DNA of 64,000 nt, taken from sequence record NZ_CP028351.1; one strand, written 5' to 3'. Source of the stretch: a plasmid. Each line of letters begins with the position of its first letter. Within the stretch, counting starts at the first letter, position 1. The translations under genes and the position numbers were made by a program. Below the pieces are notes generated by a model, which was not told the origin of the DNA, made no database searches, and saw nothing but the letters and a program-made list of their open reading frames with translations. Shown here piece by piece: positions 32,030 to 41,067 of this stretch.

Positions 32030-33067
32030 TCAGCCGGGAATATCGGGTTCCGCATATTGTTCCATGAACTCCACCATAGCGCCTTTATGCGCATCCACAT
32101 GACGGATATAACGCATTAGTGTCTCCGGTTTTTTCCAGGTGCCTTCCTGCATGATGCGGGCGACAGGATAGCCTTTATCTGCCATATCCTGAGCTGCGCC
32201 CACCCTGGCACTGTGGCCACTCCAGCCGGTATAGCGATTCTTGTTAGCCTTTATTGCACTGCCTTTTCCAGCCGTTCGCCAGGCTCGATTAAAAATCTGT
32301 TCCAGTGCCCGGGTACTCATCGGTTTTTCTGTAATCAGCACCCGGCCTGAGCGGTGTACTGCATTGAACAGCCAGGCATCAGGCTGACTGGAAAGGCCGG
32401 ACGCCTCGATCCACTCTTCAAGTCGCCGGGTTGAATGAGCGCTGAGCGCCTTGATCAATCCGCCAGTCTGCACAAGGGTTTTTGTCCACGCCACATCCAG
32501 AATGATACGACCATCACCGGCACGCATCACATCACGCACCCGCAACCGTGACAGTTCACTGATACGCAGTAGCGTTGCATAGGCGACATGCAAAAAAGCC
32601 AGATCACGAAGCACCTGGAGATTGTCAGAACCTGACCACTGTTTATCCAGCACCATCAGGTCTGTCAGCCTGAAGGGCACGGCCTGGCCTGCACGCTCGC
32701 CATTCACAACGGCAACCCGGTTAATCTTCTTCATGGTACGGAAAACCAGCGGAGAACCATTCGGCACAGGCAAGCCGGCGTTACGGTGTAACATCGAAAT
32801 CAACGCTGCATGGGACGTGACGGTCGAAGAAGCCCGTCCGCTTTCAGCCAGAAAAGAGAGATAGTCACGCAAATCCTCTGCGCTCATCGGCAGAAAAGTA
32901 CGCTGGTTATCTTCTGACCACTGATTGCAGATTCGCATGACGCTAAGCAGCTGTCGCCAGGTATTGGGGGAAAAGGCCTCTTTGTCCTGGACGAACTGTC
33001 TGAGCCGTTCGGTGATATCACTGTTCCGGTTCACCGTCAGACGGGTTAACGGCACTATCTCACTCAT
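32030..33067 (-). CDS. Cre-like tyrosine site-specific recombinase
   Basis: 345 aa, alignable end to end with P1 Cre from memory: AFSPNTWRQLLSV vs AFSEHTWKMLLSV; VNGERAGQAVPF vs DAGERAKQALAF; DLAFLHVAYATLLRISELSRLRVRD vs NLAFLGIAYNTLLRIAEIARIRVKD; WTKTLVQTGG vs RTKTLVSTAG; STRALEQIF vs STRALEGIF; GWSGHSARVGAAQDMA vs AWSGHSARVGAARDMA; KGAMVEFME vs TGAMVRLLE. The catalytic R..K..H..R..W..Y pattern fits. About 45-50% identity by eye. Confidence 0.9.
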   Translation of the reverse strand: MSEIVPLTRLTVNRNSDITERLRQFVQDKEAFSPNTWRQLLSVMRICNQWSEDNQRTFLPMSAEDLRDYLSFLAESGRASSTVTSHAALISMLHRNAGLPVPNGSPLVFRTMKKINRVAVVNGERAGQAVPFRLTDLMVLDKQWSGSDNLQVLRDLAFLHVAYATLLRISELSRLRVRDVMRAGDGRIILDVAWTKTLVQTGGLIKALSAHSTRRLEEWIEASGLSSQPDAWLFNAVHRSGRVLITEKPMSTRALEQIFNRAWRTAGKGSAIKANKNRYTGWSGHSARVGAAQDMADKGYPVARIMQEGTWKKPETLMRYIRHVDAHKGAMVEFMEQYAEPDIPG

Positions 33068-33103
33068 CTTTGCTCGCTTATTAATCAGAAAACGCGATGA
33101 TCG

Positions 33104-33160
33104 CGCTACGTGAATTCTGAGAATTCAGCAGGGGGATTACCGGTCAGAATTTACGTAGCG
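33104..33160. repeat. 17-bp inverted repeat (1 mismatch) with a 23-bp spacer in the Cre-like gene promoter / 5' region
   Basis: CGCTACGTGAATTCTGA (33104-33120) and its reverse complement TCAGAATTTACGTAGCG (33144-33160) flank GAATTCAGCAGGGGGATTACCGG. They lie 37-93 bp upstream of the recombinase ATG. Confidence 0.5.
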
Positions 33161-33221
33161 TTGCCATTTTGCAGCCTTACCTTTGCTGCCCATTATCATA
33201 ACCCGTCAATTTTCCTGTGTC

Positions 33222-33255
33222 ATGACTTCGTATAAGAACAATTATACGAAGTTAT
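33222..33255. other. 34-bp lox-type recombination site: loxP-like 13-bp inverted arms around a novel 8-bp spacer
   Basis: ATGACTTCGTATA-AGAACAAT-TATACGAAGTTAT. The right arm is identical to the loxP arm. The left arm differs from ATAACTTCGTATA at one position (A3G). The spacer differs from loxP ATGTATGC / GCATACAT. It sits 155 bp upstream of the Cre-like gene, as loxP sits upstream of cre in P1. Confidence 0.8.
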
Positions 33256-33956
33256 AATTCCATAGCCTTTCTGCAAGATTTTTGCCAACCGGTCTGGCGC
33301 AGAATCGTGTGGAGTAGGGTGTCATCCTGACCACGCATTTACCGGTTGCGTTAGCATAAGGACACAGGCTGTGCAGAGCATGAGATTTGAACCAGACGTC
33401 TGAATAACCCTTCTCAACTTCAGCTTAATAAAATTACTCACTTAAATAATGGCAATAGTGAATTGAATTGATAAGACGATTTTCAATGGCTCATAAATAA
33501 TCGAACACGAAGCTCGCCTGAAAATAAGCCAGAAAAGATCCCAAATGATATTCACGTTCCGGACGACCATGACCATTATTTATCGTTAGCCTGTAAGTTG
33601 AGCAGATTTTCCCACCATTATCTTTATTGTCACGAACTGATAACCCCACATTCCTACTACCAAAAAGTGTTCTGAAAGCATTTGTCAGAATAAAAAACTA
33701 AATATCAATATTTTAAAGATTTAAATATCACCCGGCAATGACAAGCCGCTATCCTGCACTCCTGAATATGGGAAGCAGTGACACCCTTTTATCCGCTTTT
33801 AATCAAAATAAGACGGACAGTTAATGAACTGACCGAAGCAGATTAATAATGAATAAGATGATATTGGGGTCATTGAGAACTAATCAATTATGCGCATTTT
33901 TATGCCGGCGTCTGAAGTAACACCGGCATTCATCAGGGTAAAAAGAGGATTTTTTC

Positions 33957-34424
33957 ATGAAGAAAAGTTTATTATCGCTGTGTCTTTTAGGTCTTTCCTG
34001 CGCGCCGGCTATTACACTGGCACAACAGCCGGTTAGCTGTGTCAAAGCGTCTGAACAGGATGTAGCCAGCCTGTTTGATACCTGGAATAATACGCTGGCA
34101 ACCGGCGATGCGACTAAAGTCTCTGAGTTATATGTCAGCGATGCCGTGCTGCTGCCAACTATTTCAAACCATGTGCGCCTGACAGACCAGGAACGCATTG
34201 ACTATTTCAAAGACTTCCTGAAAAAAGGTCCGAGCGGTAAAATTGATTCCCGCACTATCCGGATTGGCTGTAATAAAGCGATTGATGCCGGCGTTTATAC
34301 CTTTACCTTCAAAGATAACACGCACGTCACTGCACGTTATACCTTCACTTACGTCTGGGATGGCAAGGGCTGGAAAATCTCAACGCATCACTCTTCAGCT
34401 ATGCCAGAGCCAGTGAGCAAGTAA
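33957..34424 (+). CDS. Secreted NTF2-like / DUF4440 (SgcJ/EcaC-type) family protein
   Basis: 155 aa. Signal peptide MKKSLLSLCLLGLSCAPAITLA. Body shows the SnoaL/NTF2-like pattern (FDTWNNTLATGDATKVSELYVSDAVLLPTIS...). Confidence 0.55.
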   Translation: MKKSLLSLCLLGLSCAPAITLAQQPVSCVKASEQDVASLFDTWNNTLATGDATKVSELYVSDAVLLPTISNHVRLTDQERIDYFKDFLKKGPSGKIDSRTIRIGCNKAIDAGVYTFTFKDNTHVTARYTFTYVWDGKGWKISTHHSSAMPEPVSK

Positions 34425-34695
34425 TATTCTTTCACATTAGTACCGACTTTTTAAAATCAGCCTCTGAATATTTCAGGGGCTAATTTTTATGGTCAAAAAA
34501 TATTTTTATTGCCTCAGCCAGAAATACCTGAAAAAGCCAAAGCCATATTATGAATTAGCTTTGCGAATATTGTAATAACCACGCTATTTACTTCGTTCTG
34601 ACCAACTGCCTATTATCGCTTTCATCGTAAATAAATGTGACGCGCTCAATATCAGCCAATCTGCTTTGACGCCTGTCTCTTTTTCCGGAAGCGCT

Positions 34696-35907
34696 ATGAA
34701 ACTCATCTCAGATCCTCCCGAGACTTGCCTGGCAGCCGTCATTACCCGACGCGATCAGGCTATTCAGGCTGCCCATTCGCTGGCTGAACAGGCGAAACCT
34801 GGTGCCATTGAACGCGATCAGCAACGACTTTACCCCCGCGACCTTCTCGACAGGTTTACCCGGCTCGGACTGGGCAGCATCAGTGTTCCACGCCACTTTG
34901 GTGGTGGGGGACTGGATTTTCAGACAGTGGCGGAGGTATTCCGCATCATCTCAGCCAGCGATCCCTCTCTGGGCCAGATTCCGCAAAATCACTTTGGTCT
35001 GATTCAGTTCATTCTTGGCGAAGGCAACCCGCAACAACAGACAACATTGCTGCAGGCGGTGGTCAGTGGCAAACGGCTGGGCAATGGGGGCCCCGAGAAG
35101 AACACCCGCCATACGCGGGACATTCAGGCACGGCTGGTCAGTGACGGTCCGGAACACCGTCTGACCGGAGAGAAATTCTATTCTACCGGTGCATTGTTCG
35201 CAGACATTCTGGTGACCACCGCTCTGCAGGAGAGTGACCAGCCTGCAATGGCTTTTATCCCGCTGCCTGCCAACGGCGCAGAGATTATTGATGACTGGTC
35301 AGGCATGGGTCAGCGTACCACGGCCAGCGGCACAGTAAGGCTTGATCGGGTTGCCGTAGATCCTGCATTGCTTATCCCCTTGCCGCCAGAAGAAAAACCG
35401 ACCCTGCGCGGGGCTGTCTCGCAACTGATTCAGGCGGCGATCGATGCTGGTATCGCTCAGGGCGCGCTGGACGATGCGCTGGAGTTTGTCCGCAGCAGCT
35501 CACGCCCCTGGGTGGACGCAGGCGTGGAGCGCAACGCTGACGATCCCTACATCCTTGCTGACATCGGTCGTATCAGTACTGAACTGAGCGCCGCAAATGC
35601 CCTACTGCGCCGGGCCGCAAACGTGCTTGATTCACTCGATCAGCAGGCACTGACAGCAGAAAACAGCGCAGCCGCCTCTATTGCCGTAGCGGAAGCCAAA
35701 GTGCTGACCACTGACATCGCGCTGCGTGCCAGTGAAAAACTGTTGGAGTGGGGCGGCAGTCGCGCCACGCTCCTGCAGCATGGGCTGGATCGCCACTGGC
35801 GCAATGCGCGCACTCACACGCTGCACGACCCGGTGCGGTGGAAAACACACGCTATCGGCAATTACTACCTCAATGCGATCTACCCCGCGCGTCATGCATG
35901 GATTTAA
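34696..35907 (+). CDS. SfnB/DszC-like acyl-CoA-dehydrogenase-fold sulfur-acquisition oxidoreductase (paralog 1)
   Basis: 403 aa. ACAD-type fold with the family C-terminus LDRHWRNARTHTLHDPVRWKTHAIGNYYLN. Confidence 0.75.
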   Translation: MKLISDPPETCLAAVITRRDQAIQAAHSLAEQAKPGAIERDQQRLYPRDLLDRFTRLGLGSISVPRHFGGGGLDFQTVAEVFRIISASDPSLGQIPQNHFGLIQFILGEGNPQQQTTLLQAVVSGKRLGNGGPEKNTRHTRDIQARLVSDGPEHRLTGEKFYSTGALFADILVTTALQESDQPAMAFIPLPANGAEIIDDWSGMGQRTTASGTVRLDRVAVDPALLIPLPPEEKPTLRGAVSQLIQAAIDAGIAQGALDDALEFVRSSSRPWVDAGVERNADDPYILADIGRISTELSAANALLRRAANVLDSLDQQALTAENSAAASIAVAEAKVLTTDIALRASEKLLEWGGSRATLLQHGLDRHWRNARTHTLHDPVRWKTHAIGNYYLNAIYPARHAWI

Positions 35908-35916
35908 GGAGAAAGA

Positions 35917-37107
35917 ATGAGTCAGGTTCAGCCCAAACAGCACGCTTCCCCTATTCGCAGCGAGCAGCATGCGCTGGAAGTGGCTGCGCAACTGGCGCAG
36001 CAGTTCCGTGAGGGGGCCGCAGCGCGAGATCGTGAACGTGAACTGCCGCATTCCCCTCTGCAGACCCTGTTTCAATCAGGATTAGGGGGGATTACCGTGC
36101 CGCAGGCGTACGGAGGCATTGCCGTATCAACCGCCACACTCGTCTCTGTGATCACGCTAATTAGCGAGGCTGATGCAGCGATTGGTCAGGTTCCGCAAAA
36201 TCACTACTACGCGCTGGAAGTGCTGCGCGTTAACGGCAGTGAATCACAAAAACAACGGTTGTATCGGGAAGTCCTGACAGGCGTGCATCTGGGCAATGCG
36301 CTGGCAGAGTTCTCCTCCCGTGCCGCACATCAGCGGACCACGCAGATTCGGTGCAATATTCTCAACGGCAGCAAGTTCTACGCTACCGGTGCGCTGTTTG
36401 CTGACCGCATTCCCACGGCTGCGCGCGATGAAGAGGATAAAGAGCAACTGGTATTTGTGCCACGTCATCAGGCGGGTGTGACCGTTATTGATGACTGGAG
36501 CGGGTTTGGTCAGCGCACCACAGGCAGCGGCAGCGTCCTCTTCGAAAACGTCACGGTGGATGCTGCAGATGTGGTGCCGTTTCAGACAGCATTTGAGCGG
36601 CCGACGACCGTCGGTCCTTTTGCGCAGATTATGCACGCCGCTATCGATCAGGGAATTGCACGCGCCGCATTTAACGACATGCTCGATTTTCTGCGCCAGC
36701 GTGCCCGACCCTGGCCCGACAGCGGGGTAACGCGTGCCACTGATGACCCCTTAACGCTCGATCGCACCGGACGTCTGGCGGCGCGACTGAGCGCCGGTGA
36801 CGCCCTGTTAGCCGAGGCAGGGGCAGCCATCGACGCCGCGCAACAGCAGTCTGACGCCGCGACGGTGGCGCTGGCCTCGGTGGAGGTGGCCAGAGCGCGT
36901 GCCTGGACCACAGAAGTCTCACTGGAAGCGGCTAATTTGCTGTTTGAACTGGGCGGTTCACGCGCCAGCCTGCGTGAATATAACCTTGATCGCCACTGGC
37001 GTAACGCGCGCACCCATACCCTGCACGATCCGGTACGCTGGAAATATCCCGCGATAGGGAATTACCTGCTCAATGGCGTGCTGCCACCGCGCCGGGGCAC
37101 GCTATGA
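35917..37107 (+). CDS. SfnB/DszC-like sulfur-acquisition oxidoreductase (paralog 2)
   Basis: 396 aa behind a GGAGA RBS. Same family signature (LDRHWRNARTHTLHDPVRWKYPAIGNYLLNG). The stop overlaps the next ATG (ATGA). Confidence 0.75.
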   Translation: MSQVQPKQHASPIRSEQHALEVAAQLAQQFREGAAARDRERELPHSPLQTLFQSGLGGITVPQAYGGIAVSTATLVSVITLISEADAAIGQVPQNHYYALEVLRVNGSESQKQRLYREVLTGVHLGNALAEFSSRAAHQRTTQIRCNILNGSKFYATGALFADRIPTAARDEEDKEQLVFVPRHQAGVTVIDDWSGFGQRTTGSGSVLFENVTVDAADVVPFQTAFERPTTVGPFAQIMHAAIDQGIARAAFNDMLDFLRQRARPWPDSGVTRATDDPLTLDRTGRLAARLSAGDALLAEAGAAIDAAQQQSDAATVALASVEVARARAWTTEVSLEAANLLFELGGSRASLREYNLDRHWRNARTHTLHDPVRWKYPAIGNYLLNGVLPPRRGTL

Positions 37108-38453
37108 CTCAGAAACAGGTTCTGCTCAACGCGTTTAACATGAATTGTGTCGGCCATATTCATCACGGCATGTGGACGCACCCGGAAGACCGTTCAACCG
37201 AGTTCAATACGCTGGCCTACTGGACTGATCTGGCCCGCCTGCTGGAACGCGGACTGTTCGATGGACTCTTTATTGCGGATATTCTGGGCGTCTATGACGT
37301 TTATCAGCAGGGTATTACGCTAACGGCACGCGAGTCGATTCAGTTGCCGGTCAACGATCCGCTGATGCTGGTTTCGGCTATGGCGGGCGTCACGCAGCAT
37401 CTTGGCTTCGCCGTGACCGCGAATCTCAGTTATGAAGCACCTTTTCCTTTTGCCCGCCGTCTTTCCACACTCGACCATCTGACTCAGGGACGGATAGGCT
37501 GGAACATCGTCACCGGCTACCTGGACAGCGCCGCCCGTGCCATGGGAAACAAACAGCTGCTGGCACACGATGAGCGCTATGCACAGGCGGATGAGTTTCT
37601 CGATGTCAGTTATCAGCTATGGGAAGGAAGCTGGCAGGATGATGCGCTGGTTGTCGATCGCCCGAATCGTCTTTACGCAGACGCCACGAAAATTCATCCG
37701 GTCAGGCATCAGGGTGAATTTTATCAGGTTGAAGGCTATCACCTCAGCAGCCCGTCACCCCAGCGTACGCCGTTACTGTTTCAGGCCGGCACCTCTGCAC
37801 GCGGGATTCAGTTTGCTGCGCGTCATGCCGAATGCACTTTTGTTAACGCAGCGACACCCGCAGCGATGCACCAGCAGACTCAGCGGCTGCGACAGGCCGC
37901 AGTTGAAGCAGGTCGACGTGCAGATGATTTGCGCATCTTCATGGGTGTCGGCGTCATCGTCGCCCCGACAGAGCGTGAAGCACAGGAGAAACACCGCAGT
38001 TATCTTGAATATGCCAGCCCGGAAGCAGGCATTGCCCATTTCTCCAGTTCCATTGGTCTCGATCTGGCCGCCTTTGAGCTCGACGAGCCCATTATCAGCG
38101 GGGAGACCCGGGCTATTGAATCGGTCAGTAAAGCCTACAGCGGCTGGACTCGTCGCCGTCTGCTGGAGCAGCATGCGATGGGCAGTCGCTATCCACTCAT
38201 AATTGGTAATCCCGCGCAGGTCGCGGACGCGCTGCTGCACTGGATGGATGAAGGCGACATTGACGGCTTTAATCTGACCCGCATTCTGAACCCGCAGAGC
38301 TACCGCGACTTTATCGATTTAGTTGTACCTGAACTCCAGCAGCGCGGGCGCTATAAAACGGCTTATCAGCCCGGTTCACTACGCCACAAAATTTTCCAGC
38401 AGGATCGCCTGCCCGAACGTCACCCGGCGGCTCGCTGGCGTCATCCCGCCTGA
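37104..38453 (+). CDS. LLM-class flavin-dependent monooxygenase, NtaA/SnaA/DszA family
   Basis: 449 aa. N-terminus LLNAFNMNCVGHIHHGMWTHPEDRS...YWTDLARLLERGLFDGLFIADILG is diagnostic of the nitrilotriacetate-monooxygenase / DszA family. Translationally coupled to the preceding sfnB. Confidence 0.8.
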   Translation: MTQKQVLLNAFNMNCVGHIHHGMWTHPEDRSTEFNTLAYWTDLARLLERGLFDGLFIADILGVYDVYQQGITLTARESIQLPVNDPLMLVSAMAGVTQHLGFAVTANLSYEAPFPFARRLSTLDHLTQGRIGWNIVTGYLDSAARAMGNKQLLAHDERYAQADEFLDVSYQLWEGSWQDDALVVDRPNRLYADATKIHPVRHQGEFYQVEGYHLSSPSPQRTPLLFQAGTSARGIQFAARHAECTFVNAATPAAMHQQTQRLRQAAVEAGRRADDLRIFMGVGVIVAPTEREAQEKHRSYLEYASPEAGIAHFSSSIGLDLAAFELDEPIISGETRAIESVSKAYSGWTRRRLLEQHAMGSRYPLIIGNPAQVADALLHWMDEGDIDGFNLTRILNPQSYRDFIDLVVPELQQRGRYKTAYQPGSLRHKIFQQDRLPERHPAARWRHPA

Positions 38454-38486
38454 CCTCATTGATCTATTTAACCTCAAGGAATCACC

Positions 38487-39296
38487 ATGACACGCTCAAA
38501 AACACTACGCGCCGCACTGGGCGGCTTGCTGCTGACCCTCAGTGCCGCGGCGACCGCAGCGAACTATTCCGGCCCGCTCAAAGTGGGCACCACCGCCGCG
38601 TTTGCCCCGCCGCTGGAGACCGCCGTCGCTGAAGCAAAGAAGCAGGGACTGGATGTTGAACTTGTCGAATTTACCGACTGGACTGCCCCGAATGTCAGCG
38701 TGGAAAATGGCGATATCGACGTCAATCTGTTCCAGCACAAGCCGTTTCTGGAGAATGCTAATCAGTCCGGCGGCTTCCACCTGGTCGCTTATGCGCCAGC
38801 CATCATCAATAACATTGGTCTTTATTCCAAAAAACACAGCGCGATTGATCAGGTTCCCGAAGGCGGCACCGTTGCTATCGCCAACGATCCGATTAATGGC
38901 GCACGCGGATTATTGCTGCTGCAGAAGGCGGGGCTGATTACGCTCAAACCGGGTGTGGGACTGAAAGCAACCGTTGATGACATCGTCAGTAACCCTAAAA
39001 AGCTGAAAATTATCGAAGTAGAAGCGGTACAGCTCTCGCGCTCGCTTGAAGAAGTCGACCTGGCGCAGGGTTATCCACACTATCTGCGTCTGGCAAAAAC
39101 GATTGATCCCAATAAGGCACTGCTGTTCGACGGGCTGGAGCACCCGGAATATGTCATTCAGTTCGTAATCCGTCAGGGTCATCAGGACGATCCGCGACTG
39201 GCGAAGTTTGTTGATATCTATCAGCACTCTCCGGTAGTCCGCGCCAGCCTCGACAATTTCTATGGCAAACTCTATCAGCCAGGCTGGAGCCAGTAA
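38487..39296 (+). CDS. MetQ/NlpA-family ABC transporter substrate-binding protein
   Basis: 269 aa. Signal peptide with an Ala-rich cleavage site and no lipobox Cys. Fold looks like methionine-binding protein MetQ. Confidence 0.75.
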   Translation: MTRSKTLRAALGGLLLTLSAAATAANYSGPLKVGTTAAFAPPLETAVAEAKKQGLDVELVEFTDWTAPNVSVENGDIDVNLFQHKPFLENANQSGGFHLVAYAPAIINNIGLYSKKHSAIDQVPEGGTVAIANDPINGARGLLLLQKAGLITLKPGVGLKATVDDIVSNPKKLKIIEVEAVQLSRSLEEVDLAQGYPHYLRLAKTIDPNKALLFDGLEHPEYVIQFVIRQGHQDDPRLAKFVDIYQHSPVVRASLDNFYGKLYQPGWSQ

Positions 39297-39298
39297 TC

Positions 39299-40399
39299 AT
39301 GGTCAGCCTGAGCATCCCTGAGACGTCGGCATTGTCCGATGCCGCTACGCGCCATACCAGCGGTGCCTCACACGTCATCATTGAAGCATTAAGTAAACGC
39401 TATCCCGGCCAGTCTGTGGATGCCCTGCGCAATATTAATCTCGGGATCCATCGCGGAGAAATATTCGGCATCATTGGCCGCAGCGGCGCGGGAAAATCTA
39501 CGCTCATCCGCTGCCTTAATCGTCTGGAAGAACCGACTGCCGGACGCATCGTGATCGATGGCACCGATATCAGCGCGTTTAACGCGCGGCAGCTGGTCGA
39601 ATGGCGGCGCAGCACCGGCATGATTTTCCAGCACTTCAATCTGCTGTCGGCCAAAACCGTACGGCAGAATATTGAGCTACCGCTAAAAGTGGCAGGCGTG
39701 CCTGCTGCCGTGCGGGCGCGCAAAGTGGATGAGCTGCTGGCGCTGGTCGGGCTGGAGGCACGGCAACACGCCTGGCCCGCACAGCTTTCCGGTGGACAGA
39801 AACAGCGCGTCGGTATTGCGCGTGCGCTGGTCCACGATCCGGAACTACTGCTGTGCGATGAAGCGACATCAGCACTCGACCCCGAAACGACACGCTCAAT
39901 TCTGGCGCTGCTTAAAAAGATCAATCAGCAACACCATATTACCATTGTGCTGATCACCCATGAGATGGACGTCGTTCATGACCTCTGCCACAACGTTGCG
40001 GTAATCGATCAGGGTGAAATCATTGAGCGCGGCCCGGTCTGGCAGGTTTATAGCGATCCGCAGCAGGAGACAACGCGCCAGCTGCTGAACCCCAATCACC
40101 AGGCTCTGCCAGAGTCGGTCGGCACACGCCTGACTGCCCACCGGCAACATCATCAATCCCGTCTGTTGGTGCGGTTACGCTACACCGGGCAGGGTGCACA
40201 ACCCGATATCGGTGCGCTGAGTGCAGAGATCGCGGGCGAAATCACCCTGATTTACAGCGCTATCGAGTGGGTTGACAGCAAACCCACCGGCCAGTTGTTG
40301 CTCCTGCTGGATGCCCGACACGAGGCGCAATCCGTGACAACTCAACTGGCGCACATCGCCGATCGACTGGAGGTATTAGGTTATGTCACCGGCTATTGA
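39299..40399 (+). CDS. MetN-type ABC transporter ATP-binding protein (with C-terminal NIL/C2 regulatory domain)
   Basis: 366 aa. GRSGAGKSTLIRCLNRLE, LSGGQKQRVGIARAL, LLLCDEATSALDP. The C-terminal ~100 aa end in ...LEVLGYVTGY like MetN. Confidence 0.85.
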   Translation: MVSLSIPETSALSDAATRHTSGASHVIIEALSKRYPGQSVDALRNINLGIHRGEIFGIIGRSGAGKSTLIRCLNRLEEPTAGRIVIDGTDISAFNARQLVEWRRSTGMIFQHFNLLSAKTVRQNIELPLKVAGVPAAVRARKVDELLALVGLEARQHAWPAQLSGGQKQRVGIARALVHDPELLLCDEATSALDPETTRSILALLKKINQQHHITIVLITHEMDVVHDLCHNVAVIDQGEIIERGPVWQVYSDPQQETTRQLLNPNHQALPESVGTRLTAHRQHHQSRLLVRLRYTGQGAQPDIGALSAEIAGEITLIYSAIEWVDSKPTGQLLLLLDARHEAQSVTTQLAHIADRLEVLGYVTGY

Positions 40400-41033
40400 A
40401 CGTTTATGGGTCGCCTTTCTGGATACGCTGCTGATGGTAGGCGTCTCCTCTGCGCTCGCGCTTGCGCTGGGCTTACCAATGGCGGTGATTCTGGTGGTCA
40501 GCGGACGCGGCGATCTTTTTCCCAGCCCACTACTTAATCGGGTGCTGGGCTGGGTGGTTAACCTCTTTCGCTCCATCCCATTTCTGATCCTGATGGTGGC
40601 GTTAATTCCCTTTACCCGCTGGATTGTGGGAACCACCTATGGCGTTTGGGCAGCCGTCGTACCGCTTACCCTGGCGGCCACCCCGTTTTTTGCCCGTATT
40701 GCGGAGGTCAGCCTGCGTGAAGTTGATAAAGGACTGACCGAAGCGGCGCAGGCCATGGGATTTCATCGCTGGCATATTATCTGGCATGTGCTGCTGCCGG
40801 AAGCGCGGCCAGGCATCGTCAGCGGTTTTACCATCACGCTGGTGACGATGATTAACGCGTCAGCGATGGCCGGCGCCATCGGTGCAGGAGGATTAGGGGA
40901 TCTGGCGTATCGTTATGGTTATCAGCGGTTTGATATGCAGGTAATGGTGACAGTTATTGTGGTGCTGGTCGCGCTGGTGACGTTGCTTCAGTTGTGCGGT
41001 GACCGGCTGTCGCGACGGCTGAATCACCGCTAA
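40383..41033 (+). CDS. MetI-type ABC transporter permease
   Basis: 216 aa polytopic membrane protein with the EAA-loop region (AAQAMGFHRWHIIWHVLLPEARPGI). Overlaps the ATPase gene end. Confidence 0.85.
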   Translation: MSPAIERLWVAFLDTLLMVGVSSALALALGLPMAVILVVSGRGDLFPSPLLNRVLGWVVNLFRSIPFLILMVALIPFTRWIVGTTYGVWAAVVPLTLAATPFFARIAEVSLREVDKGLTEAAQAMGFHRWHIIWHVLLPEARPGIVSGFTITLVTMINASAMAGAIGAGGLGDLAYRYGYQRFDMQVMVTVIVVLVALVTLLQLCGDRLSRRLNHR

Positions 41034-41039
41034 ACGCGT

Positions 41040-41061
41040 AAGGCCGGGATCACCCGGCCTT
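41040..41061. terminator. Bidirectional terminator between the convergent metI-like and sfnB genes
   Basis: AAGGCCGGG-ATCA-CCCGGCCTT, a perfect 9-bp GC-rich hairpin in the 34-bp gap between convergent stop codons. Confidence 0.5.
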
Positions 41062-41067
41062 ACTGTA

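Noticed and set aside
33222-33255. Possibility that the lox site and recombinase are a laboratory Cre/loxP cloning artefact
   Set aside because: The recombinase is only about 45-50% identical to P1 Cre by eye. The spacer AGAACAAT is not loxP or any common engineered variant I know. One arm carries a natural-looking A3G change. The context is AT-rich native-looking DNA with its own promoter elements.
33365-33395. GGTTCAAATC-like motif on the minus strand, resembling a tRNA T-loop (a possible integration-site remnant for the Cre-like island)
   Set aside because: The flanking bases do not form a T-stem (only 2 of 5 pairs), and there is no acceptor stem or CCA context. Most likely chance similarity.
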